Positions 1 through 7,356 of a stretch of 64,000 nucleotides of DNA are shown piece after piece. The notes beneath the pieces were generated by a model, which was given only the letters and a program-made list of their open reading frames with translations, was not told where the DNA came from and ran no database searches. The first letter of the stretch is position 1; every line of letters begins with the position of its first letter. The position numbers were made by a program, and so were the translations under genes. The stretch comes from an uncultured Nitrososphaerota archaeon (GTDB lineage Archaea; Thermoproteota; Nitrososphaeria; Conexivisphaerales; DTJL01). The stretch spans positions 128,001-192,000 of the forward strand of contig CAWJIE010000002.1 of the NCBI GenBank assembly GCA_963842885.1, written 5' to 3'.

Positions 1-85
1 GTTTCGTCTTGAGAGACTTGAGGAACTCCCTGGCCTTTTCGGTCTTCCCGGGCAGCACCGGGAACGCCATAGCGATGGGCTTCAT
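1..85 (-). CDS. 5' part of a hypothetical protein (MKPIAMAFPVLPGKTEKAREFLKSLK...), runs off the window start
   Basis: ATG at 85 on the minus strand, frame open to the edge; TTAAATA TATA-like box ~25 nt upstream. Confidence 0.6.
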   Translation of the reverse strand, partial: MKPIAMAFPVLPGKTEKAREFLKSLKTK

Positions 86-223
86 GCAATATGAAGCGAC
101 CTTCCCGATATTTAACAGTTCAGCCTTTCAGTCTGCGCTAAGCCAGGTGTTGACGCCCGAGTTTAAGACGATGGGGTGGCAGTCTCCTTTGGCGGGACTC
201 GGCCTCTTTCACTGAGTCAGTAG

Positions 224-276
224 ACTTGGCCCTTGAGTTCCAACCGGGATAGGAGCATAGGATGCGATGCTCAAGC
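224..276 (+). repeat. Dispersed intergenic repeat family A, copy 1
   Basis: acttggcccttgagttccaaccgggataggagcataggatgcgatgctcaagc; same core at ~3096, ~4128, ~4854, ~7296, ~22791. Confidence 0.9.
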
Positions 277-423
277 TCTTTGCCGAAGAGGTCGTCAAGT
301 CGTTCTCCTGAGATCCACCTCCCCCTGGGCCGTCTTCTCCGCAACCCACTTCGCTAGGCAGAACGCCCGATTGCGAAACGTTATTACAACCAGTCATTCG
401 GTACATCTCCGGTCAGCAAGGCC

Positions 424-1188
424 ATGTCACCTAGAGGTTCCTCAGGTCCGAGAACTAGGAAGGCCGCTTCAACCGCCGCGAGCTATGTCTTGAAAGTGAT
501 TCAAGACAGACGATCAGCACGAGTCCCCTTCGATCCTCACCGCCCGGTGGAGGCTGAAAGCCTCAAGAAGATCATCGAGGCCGCCCGATGGGCCCCCACT
601 CCTCACAACATGCAGAACTTCGAAATCATCATAGTGGATGACGGGAAGCTCCTGCAGGAGCTAGGGAGGATCAGGTCCCACACCTCAGTGGAGTTCCTCC
701 GGGAGAACTATCAGCAGCTTTCCCTCTCCGAGGAGGAGCTGCTCCGAAAGAAGGTCGGAGTCCTCGGTGCCCAGTTTCCACCATCGTGGAGGGACCCTGC
801 GAGGTTTGAGGAGGTGGCCCAAGAGGGCGCCGGCGCGCCCCTGAGCCAGATCATCAACGGAAGCCCGACGCTACTGATAGTGACCTATGACCCAAGGAAG
901 AGGGCGCCTGCCTCTGAAGGAGACTCCCTAGGGTTCATGGGCCTCGGCTGCGTCATGGAGAACATCTGGCTCATGGCCTACTCCCTGGGGGTGGGCCTTC
1001 ACATACTGAGCGTCTTCGGCAGGGAACCCGAGGAGGAAGTGAAGCGGGTCCTTAACATCCCCAAGGAGATGAAGATCGCCTACGCCGTGCGCCTGGGGTA
1101 CCCCGTCCATCCCCCGGCCGAGCATCGGAGGGTGAGGCGCGATGCGAGGGTGCTGACCCACCACAACCGATACATGGCCACCAGTTAA
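424..1188 (+). CDS. Nitroreductase family protein
   Basis: IQDRRSAR, AARWAPTPHNMQ, GCVMENIWLMAYSLGVG and LGYP motifs. Confidence 0.9.
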   Translation: MSPRGSSGPRTRKAASTAASYVLKVIQDRRSARVPFDPHRPVEAESLKKIIEAARWAPTPHNMQNFEIIIVDDGKLLQELGRIRSHTSVEFLRENYQQLSLSEEELLRKKVGVLGAQFPPSWRDPARFEEVAQEGAGAPLSQIINGSPTLLIVTYDPRKRAPASEGDSLGFMGLGCVMENIWLMAYSLGVGLHILSVFGREPEEEVKRVLNIPKEMKIAYAVRLGYPVHPPAEHRRVRRDARVLTHHNRYMATS

Positions 1189-1259
1189 GTCGAGGCGTCT
1201 CCATCCGTTACGGCCCTGGCGTCATCCTTAATACGACTGAACGGGAAGGCGGCGCTGTC

Positions 1260-2006
1260 ATGAAGACCACCGGGAACACCGTGTTGATCACCGGGGGAGC
1301 CACGGGCATCGGCTTCGCGCTCGCTTCGAGGTTCTTCAGCCTGGGAAACGAAGTCATAATCTGCGGAAGGAGAGAGGCGAAGCTTCGGGAGGCCAAGGAG
1401 AGGCTTCCGCAGATCAGCATCAGGAGGTGCGATATCTCCCGCCAGGCCGACGTCGAATCCCTGCTCGCCTGGGTCACCTCCGACCATCCCGGCATCAACG
1501 TCCTCGTCAACAACGCCGGAATCCAGAGGGCGATAGACCTGAGGAAGGGCGTGGAGGACCTGCTCGCGAACGAAGACGAAATCATTGTAAACCTGAGGGC
1601 CCAGGTCTACCTGTCCGCCTACTTCGTGCCGTTGTTCGCCAAGAGACCAGGCGAATCGGCCATCATCAACGTCTCCTCGGGCCTGGCCTTCGTCCCTCTA
1701 GCAAGGTTCCCGGTCTACTGCGCGACCAAGGCAGCGATCCACTCGTTCACCATTTCGCTCAGGCACCAGCTCAAGGACACGCCGGTTCGGGTGTTCGAGG
1801 TGATCCCCCCAACGGTGTACGATACGGAGCTGAAGGGCAGTCCGCTGCCGAAGAGCGATTGGACGGCCTCGTCCGAAGAAGTCGCGGACGCCGTCATCAA
1901 GGGCCTGGAGAACGACGACCCCGAGATTCCCGTCGGCCAAGCGAAGGGTTGGCTCGCAGGCTCGAAGGGTGACCTGGACGCCGCGTTCAGGAACATGAAT
2001 CGTTAG
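1260..2006 (+). CDS. Short-chain dehydrogenase/reductase (DltE-like)
   Basis: TGGATGIG, NNAGIQ, NVSSGLA and YCATK (YxxxK) motifs. Confidence 0.95.
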   Translation: MKTTGNTVLITGGATGIGFALASRFFSLGNEVIICGRREAKLREAKERLPQISIRRCDISRQADVESLLAWVTSDHPGINVLVNNAGIQRAIDLRKGVEDLLANEDEIIVNLRAQVYLSAYFVPLFAKRPGESAIINVSSGLAFVPLARFPVYCATKAAIHSFTISLRHQLKDTPVRVFEVIPPTVYDTELKGSPLPKSDWTASSEEVADAVIKGLENDDPEIPVGQAKGWLAGSKGDLDAAFRNMNR

Positions 2007-2064
2007 GGGGCTTCGTCGCCTTGAGGAGCGAACTCCAGACGCCTCATGCCTGGGCTGACCAAGA

Positions 2065-3018
2065 ATGAAGCTCAAATTCATGTCCAGGTTTGATATCGTT
2101 CCGGTCGCGCCGTTCGACTTCGATCTGACGGTGAGGAAGCCCGCCGGATGGAGCCTGTTCAACGCCGGCGAAATCTACGAAGGCGGGACCCTCTGCACGG
2201 CGACGAGGATCCTGGGGAGGCTGGTCGGGCTGAAGCTTCGTTCTGTTGGGACACTGAAGAAGCCGCGAATCCTTGTGACCGTCTTCACCGTGTCGCCCAT
2301 CCCAACGCGGGAGAAGCTGGGCATCAAGGAGGCGTTGGAGACACTAATCGGTGCCGACCAAGACCTGAAAGAGTTCTACGAGATGGCCAAGAAGGACGAC
2401 ATCCTGGAGCACACGGTCAAGGACCTCTATGGAATGCACGACACTCAGACGGCTTATCTCTTCAACTCAGTCGTGCTGAGCATCTGCCTCCAAATGGCGA
2501 GGATAGATAGAAGCGAGAAGATGATGGCTACGATAAACAAGCTCTACGGAACCAGGGTGGAGTTTGACGGGAAGGAGATCGTCGTGGAGCCAGCGGCTGA
2601 GACGATTGCGAGGCTGAAGCCAGAAGAGCTTGCAAAGAAATGCAACCTTGGTTACCGTGCCAAGTACATAATTGGAGCGGCGAAGATGATCACCAATGGA
2701 TTCCCCGACACCAGCCAGATCTTGAGCATGCCTCCCGACGAAGCGAAGAAGAAACTCATGGAGCTGCCGGGAGTGGGGGACTACGCGGCGGACATAATCA
2801 ACCCGCACGGGGGCTTCCCCATAGACGCGTGGTCAGTCGATGTGTTTGGCAAACTCTTGTTTGGCGAGGAACCCCACAAGGCCAGGGAGGCCATAGAGGC
2901 GGTCAAAAAGGAGGGACTGCGTCGCTGGGGGAGGTTCGCGTGGCTGGCCTTCTTCTATGTGGCGCAGGACCTTGCAAACCTTTCGGAGCGGCTTGGGATT
3001 CAGCTCAGGATGCAGTAG
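2065..3018 (+). CDS. HhH-GPD superfamily DNA glycosylase (AlkA/OGG1-like)
   Basis: LGYRAKYI, helix-hairpin-helix LMELPGVGDYAAD and catalytic FPIDAW. Confidence 0.85.
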   Translation: MKLKFMSRFDIVPVAPFDFDLTVRKPAGWSLFNAGEIYEGGTLCTATRILGRLVGLKLRSVGTLKKPRILVTVFTVSPIPTREKLGIKEALETLIGADQDLKEFYEMAKKDDILEHTVKDLYGMHDTQTAYLFNSVVLSICLQMARIDRSEKMMATINKLYGTRVEFDGKEIVVEPAAETIARLKPEELAKKCNLGYRAKYIIGAAKMITNGFPDTSQILSMPPDEAKKKLMELPGVGDYAADIINPHGGFPIDAWSVDVFGKLLFGEEPHKAREAIEAVKKEGLRRWGRFAWLAFFYVAQDLANLSERLGIQLRMQ

Positions 3019-3057
3019 GCGCGCGTAGGCTTGGACTTGCCAGAGTCCGCACCGTTG

Positions 3058-3153
3058 GGGATTCGTGGCCATGTCGATACTAGACTGCCCCTCTCAGTCA
3101 ACTTGGCCCTTAGGTTCCAACCGGGATAGGACATAGGATGCTGTGTTCAAACC
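3058..3153 (+). repeat. Dispersed repeat family A, copy 2 (long form)
   Basis: ggattcgtggccatgtcgatactagactgcccctctcagtcaacttggcccttaggttccaaccgggataggacataggatgctgtgttcaaacc; aligns along its length with 7256-7351. Confidence 0.9.
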
Positions 3154-3177
3154 GACGAGGAATGTCGCCGACCCTCA

Positions 3178-3444
3178 TCATTTCCGTCCTCTCAACTCGA
3201 CGAGCCCAAATCCGAACTTCTCCCTAACCTCTTCCTTATTGACGACGGGGAGGCCCTTCTCCTTCCTCTCGAAGGATTTGCATGACGAATATAGGAGGAC
3301 ATAGGCTCCATACTCCAAGCAGACCAGCTCCCTCTCGAAGTGGGCCGCATGGGCGCAGAGCATGCAGTGCGGCGGGCGCACTCCTCCTCCTTCGAGATGC
3401 TTGAAAAAGTCAGGTGGCAGCATATCCCTGAACCTAACCCGCAT
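3178..3444 (-). CDS. Small Cys-containing hypothetical protein (CxxC...C...C, possible metal binding)
   Basis: ORF 3178..3504 with likely start ATG at 3444; HCMLCAH...VCLEY...SCKSF. Confidence 0.55.
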   Translation of the reverse strand: MRVRFRDMLPPDFFKHLEGGGVRPPHCMLCAHAAHFERELVCLEYGAYVLLYSSCKSFERKEKGLPVVNKEEVREKFGFGLVELRGRK

Positions 3445-3555
3445 TCCCGCTTTAACGACCCTCACAAAGGCAGGGGAGACAGCGGAGTGAGCTGGGCTCT
3501 GCAACCATCATGGCCGGAACAGTTGTTCTTAAACGACGGGTACTCGGGCCGTCGA

Positions 3556-4002
3556 CTACACAGGTAACTGTTTGCCACAGAAGGGACAGAACTTGACGTT
3601 CGGGTCCACGAATCGGCCGCAGCTGGAGCACACTCGAAGATTCGAGGGTTGAGTGGACGCAACCGCCTGCGGTCTCCAGGCTATGCCAAGAGCTCCGCCA
3701 ATCAAGCCCAAGATGAAACCGATGATAAGGCCTCCGGTCCCTGCCAGACTCAGTATGGAGAAGAGCAGCACAACGATTCCCCAAGTAGTGTGCTGCTCGG
3801 GTCTGCTGTTCATCATCGCGCCCCCCGTTATCATGATTGCCCCGCATACGATCGCCCAAAGACCAAACACTGCCCCTACGCCGCCTATCCAGAAGGTTAG
3901 TGTAGCTCCGACAATTGCCAGGAAAAGACCCACAAGCAGGACAAAGACGCCGCCTATCAAAGAGAGTATGAACGCGGCTGAAGGTCTTTCAGTCATTGAC
4001 AC
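3556..4002 (-). CDS. Four-TM membrane protein (DUF6114-like) with C-terminal double zinc ribbon
   Basis: AFILSLIGGV, GGLIIGFILGLIGGALGIAW; CSSCG...FCPFCG. Confidence 0.85.
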   Translation of the reverse strand: MSMTERPSAAFILSLIGGVFVLLVGLFLAIVGATLTFWIGGVGAVFGLWAIVCGAIMITGGAMMNSRPEQHTTWGIVVLLFSILSLAGTGGLIIGFILGLIGGALGIAWRPQAVASTQPSNLRVCSSCGRFVDPNVKFCPFCGKQLPV

Positions 4003-4088
4003 TTCGATCTACTATCAATATTCAGCTGAAACCATTATTTAGCCTTATGAGATGTGCATATGACAGACTCTGATAGGTCGGAAAGGTT
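3911..4088 (+). repeat. 178-bp exact direct repeat, copy 1 (copy 2 at 4637-4814)
   Basis: Read base by base as identical from acaattgccagg to ggaaaggtt, offset 726. Confidence 0.95.
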
Positions 4089-4098
4089 GTGTCATTTG

Positions 4099-4186
4099 TC
4101 ATATTTGAGTGTTAAATCGTTCCTCTAAGTCAACCTGTTCCATAGGCTCCAGCCGGGATAGGAGCATAGGATGCTATGCTCAAACC
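4099..4186 (+). repeat. Dispersed repeat family A, copy 3
   Basis: ...cctctaagtcaacctgttccataggctccagccgggataggagcataggatgctatgctcaaacc; contains the perfect IR gagcatag-gatg-ctatgctc. Confidence 0.9.
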
Positions 4187-4281
4187 ACAGCTTTCTCTGA
4201 GGCATAGATAGGCCTGCCGTGTCAGGCGGATTGCAATGAGACGAGGATGCACTTATATTAGTCGCTGCCGACGATAGAAGC

Positions 4282-4491
4282 TTGACTATGGAATCTAGAA
4301 CGGCCGCAATGATTCTGATAATCGTCGTCCTGCTTGTTGCACTAGCTGCGGTGTCATACCATACCGCCATGTACGAACCGGTCAGCACGGTTACGGTGGC
4401 AGCTTCCACCACCACGGTAACCACCACGGCAACCACCACGGTGACTAGCGCCAATGTCACGGTGACAGTCAGCGTCCCATACTATGGATGA
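4282..4491 (+). CDS. Small membrane-anchored Thr-rich protein
   Basis: N-terminal TM helix then STVTVAASTTTVTTTATTTVTS; cttatatta TATA-like box upstream. Confidence 0.65.
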   Translation: MTMESRTAAMILIIVVLLVALAAVSYHTAMYEPVSTVTVAASTTTVTTTATTTVTSANVTVTVSVPYYG

Positions 4492-4618
4492 AGAAAGATG
4501 ACAGCGTGACAGGCCCCACCACCACGCCGACCTCCAAAGATGCAGGATGTAAGGCAACAGAACCGGCGGCGATCGCGAAAGCCGCAATGACTAATGCCGC
4601 TACCGCTTTCTGGTTCAT
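4469..4618 (-). CDS. Putative 49-aa hydrophobic peptide (MNQKAVAALVIAAFAIAAGSVALHP...)
   Basis: Signal/TM-like N-terminus; ATG overlaps the TGA of the truncated duplicate (ATGA); below the ORF-track cutoff. Confidence 0.35.
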   Translation of the reverse strand: MNQKAVAALVIAAFAIAAGSVALHPASLEVGVVVGPVTLSSFFIHSMGR

Positions 4619-4728
4619 TGATCCCGTAGCCAAGACACAATTGCCAGGAAAAGACCCACAAGCAGGACAAAGACGCCGCCTATCAAAGAGAGTATGAACG
4701 CGGCTGAAGGTCTTTCAGTCATTGACAC
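4615..4728 (-). pseudogene. Truncated 37-aa duplicate of the 5' end of the 3556..4002 gene
   Basis: MSMTERPSAAFILSLIGGVFVLLVGLFLAIV identical, then SWLRDQ*. Confidence 0.8.
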
Positions 4729-4814
4729 TTCGATCTACTATCAATATTCAGCTGAAACCATTATTTAGCCTTATGAGATGTGCATATGACAGACTCTGAT
4801 AGGTCGGAAAGGTT
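4637..4814 (+). repeat. 178-bp exact direct repeat, copy 2
   Basis: Identical to 3911-4088. Confidence 0.95.
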
Positions 4815-4825
4815 ACGTTATTTGC

Positions 4826-4912
4826 CATATCTGAGGATCAAACCGTCCCTCCCAGTCAACTTCCCCATTAGGTTCTGACCGGGATAGGGACATAGGTTCC
4901 TACGCTCAAATC
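4826..4912 (+). repeat. Dispersed repeat family A, copy 4 (extra partial 5' piece at ~4933-4957)
   Basis: ...ccctcccagtcaacttccccattaggttctgaccgggatagggacataggttcctacgctcaaatc. Confidence 0.9.
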
Positions 4913-4997
4913 GAAGACCGGCGGGCCGGGGCGGATTCGGGGCCAAGTCAGTACTAATGCGGGGTCGCAGCAGATTCTGCAATGCTAATACGTCTTA

Positions 4998-5100
4998 GTA
5001 TTATGAAAAGAGCTTGGAAGAGCTAAATAGAATGACCTTTTACTATTTATTTATCCAAAGGAGTTATATATTTTTCTATCAATCTTGAAATACTTATATA
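4998..5100 (+). promoter_or_regulatory. Duplicated AT-rich upstream/promoter region, copy 1 (copy 2 at 6432-6533)
   Basis: gtattatgaaaagagcttggaagagctaaatagaatg...gaaatacttatata ending in a BRE-TATA-like element. Confidence 0.8.
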
Positions 5101-5115
5101 ATCCCTAAAGCTTAT

Positions 5116-5661
5116 ATGATAATTGCTAGGAAAGAGAAAATGCAAATCGGAAAACGCGAAATAAGTAAGTTAGAGGCAACACTTCTAGTATCTCTGGTGG
5201 CAACTATTGCCGCACTAGCCGCAGTAACCATATTCACATCTAACACGATGGGAGGAACCTACAATCCAACACTGGCCGTGTCTGTAGCCTCCGCATCATA
5301 CTCAATCAATGGAGGAGGCCAGATACCCATCTCAGCAAACGGAAACACATTGACGTTTCCAACGGACATAATGTTCAACAGCACATCGGACTACATCAAC
5401 ATCACCGTTACGGTGAACAATGGAGGTTCGGAGTCTGTGCCGTTCAGCGTAACTGCCCCTGGCAGTAACATCAACATAGCTGGATTCACGGTCAATGGAC
5501 TGTCACCTGGCGATCCAGGATTCATTCGGAACTTTGCTCCGGGAACCACGACCTTGAGCTGGCGACTTGAAGCGAATTATAACGAATTCGGGTCCCCTCC
5601 CGGTCCAGTAGACTTTACAGCTCCTTGGTCGTTCGGTCCAGTCCAAATAACATCACCCTAA
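5116..5661 (+). CDS. Secreted/surface beta-rich protein, possibly pilin-like
   Basis: Basic N-region plus hydrophobic helix (KREISKLEATLLVSLVATIAALAAV), S/T/N/G-rich body; lower GC. Confidence 0.7.
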   Translation: MIIARKEKMQIGKREISKLEATLLVSLVATIAALAAVTIFTSNTMGGTYNPTLAVSVASASYSINGGGQIPISANGNTLTFPTDIMFNSTSDYINITVTVNNGGSESVPFSVTAPGSNINIAGFTVNGLSPGDPGFIRNFAPGTTTLSWRLEANYNEFGSPPGPVDFTAPWSFGPVQITSP

Positions 5662-5913
5662 ACTCCCTTGATAAGTCTCTGAAAATTAGGACGACGACAC
5701 GGCTTTTTGTGTTAGGAAGAAAGGGTAGTCTGTCTTAACTGCAATATCTACTGCTCAGGACAGAGTCAGAAGCATCCCTCTTTCAAGTACAAGACGTCAA
5801 GCCGTGAGAGCCCGGCTAACCTCAGTATCGGGCATCGGACGCTCGGAGAAGGAAGGAGCCGGGCGCTGCCTTGAAGGGTTCCCGGGAGAAGGGCCTCCTC
5901 TTCTTGTGGTGCG

Positions 5914-6231
5914 TCACCCGACCGCCGGCGTCGTTGCCAGAGACAAGCCGGCCTTCTCGAAGAGATGAGCAAGCGAGAGGGCCTGAGCCGAAGGCCCCTC
6001 GACGATGTGATAGAACGCCTCGGGCCTTCCCCTCCCTCCTCGGATCTCGCATCTCCCTACGAAGTTGGCCTCCTGCAGGAGCTTCAGGTGATAGCGAACC
6101 GTCCCCCGCTCCATCGCGAGGAACAAAGAGATCTCCTTGAGGCTCATCGGCCTTTTGACAAGGAGGTTGAGTATGTCCATCCTCGCCTTGCTTGCGAGCA
6201 CCAGCATCGCCAGGTGCTCAACGGGGATCAT
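5914..6231 (-). CDS. ArsR-like winged helix-turn-helix regulator
   Basis: ASKARMDILNLLVKRPMSLKEIS...RGTVRYHLKLLQEANFV...RGRPEAFY. Confidence 0.8.
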   Translation of the reverse strand: MIPVEHLAMLVLASKARMDILNLLVKRPMSLKEISLFLAMERGTVRYHLKLLQEANFVGRCEIRGGRGRPEAFYHIVEGPSAQALSLAHLFEKAGLSLATTPAVG

Positions 6232-6431
6232 CTGCTTGCCAAGTAAGTATTAGTCCGAGCGTCTATTTAAATCATATGGCAGGAGACGGAATTATATATG
6301 AAATAGTATTAGTCATTGTTATGCCGCAGAAATCATGAATTAATGGACGGTTTATTCCAAGACGTCGGATTGCCTAAGGTGCCCGGCGGCCAAAGCGCCA
6401 CTTTACAAGGCCCCGGTCGCAGAGCCGTTCG

Positions 6432-6533
6432 GTATTATCAAAAGAGCTTGGAAGAGCTAAATAGAATGGTCTTTTTCTATTTACTCATCCAAGGAAGTCA
6501 TATGTTCTTCTGCCAATCGTGAAATCCTTATAT
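6432..6533 (+). promoter_or_regulatory. Duplicated upstream/promoter region, copy 2
   Basis: gtattatcaaaagagcttggaagagctaaatagaatgg...gaaatccttatat. Confidence 0.8.
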
Positions 6534-6577
6534 TTCACCTTCCACTATTTTCCATTCACCGAGGTGGAAGAACGAAA

Positions 6578-7114
6578 ATGAAAGGAAAGACGATATCAGC
6601 AATACTCGTCATCCTGGCGCTTGCCCTTCTGCCGACCATGTCCGCATCTGTAGCACGTACACCAAAGCCCGTGACGATTACGGGATACCTTTCTCATAGC
6701 CTCGACACCCCACCCTTCTATACTACTTCCTACACTGTAGTTGGGAACACCTGCTACTGGAGCTTCACCGACGATGCTTACTACACTGGAGACATTTCAG
6801 GCACTTCCCATACTGTTGGATCATGGGTCATGCATGGATGTGATTATGCGACGTTCGGATACACATGGGCTTCCATGAGCTACGTGGAAACCTTCGATTC
6901 AGCCAACGTCCTAGGCCAGACAGGCGGATTGACTCTGAAGTTCACGGGCATAATTGTCCCATGGCAGTATAGCGGATACTTCGGGACACTCGTAATCATC
7001 GGCTCTACCGGTGGACTGGCGAACCTTCATGGGCAAGGAATTGAATGGTCGGGTTGGTGGGTGCCTGCCAGCCCAACAGCTGAACATTACAGCATGCAAG
7101 TATACTACGGCTGA
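6578..7114 (+). CDS. Secreted beta-barrel protein (DUF3224-like)
   Basis: Sec signal MKGKTISAILVILALALL; IIGSTGGLANLHGQG motif. Confidence 0.7.
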   Translation: MKGKTISAILVILALALLPTMSASVARTPKPVTITGYLSHSLDTPPFYTTSYTVVGNTCYWSFTDDAYYTGDISGTSHTVGSWVMHGCDYATFGYTWASMSYVETFDSANVLGQTGGLTLKFTGIIVPWQYSGYFGTLVIIGSTGGLANLHGQGIEWSGWWVPASPTAEHYSMQVYYG

Positions 7115-7255
7115 TAAAGCGAATCAGTGCGAAGTGAGCAGAAGGGCGTCCTTTTTCTGCACGATCGAGGGACCAGCGGTGCTTCTTGACTATGTCAAAT
7201 CCCCTCTCTGCTATCTATCCAGTCTTGTACCCTTTGATGGTTTGCGGGCCTGAGT

Positions 7256-7351
7256 GGATTCCGGGTCATGTCGGTATTGAACCGCCCCTCCGAGCCAACC
7301 TTCCCCATTAGGTTCTGAACGGGATAGGGACATAGGATGCTATGTTCCAAC
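7256..7351 (+). repeat. Dispersed repeat family A, copy 5
   Basis: ggattccgggtcatgtcggtattgaaccgcccctccgagccaaccttccccattaggttctgaacgggatagggacataggatgctatgttccaac; abuts the stop of the 7357..9153 gene. Confidence 0.9.
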
Positions 7352-7356
7352 GCTTG

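Noticed and set aside
5116-5230. Class III (type IV pilin) signal peptide
   Set aside because: The -1 residue would be Glu rather than Gly/Ala, and no pilus assembly genes are nearby; kept only as a secreted protein.
224-7351. Family A repeats as a CRISPR array or canonical integron attC sites
   Set aside because: Spacing is 0.7-2.9 kb with genes in between, and no cas or intI gene is in the window. There are no clean RYYYAAC/GTTRRRY ends with paired arms.
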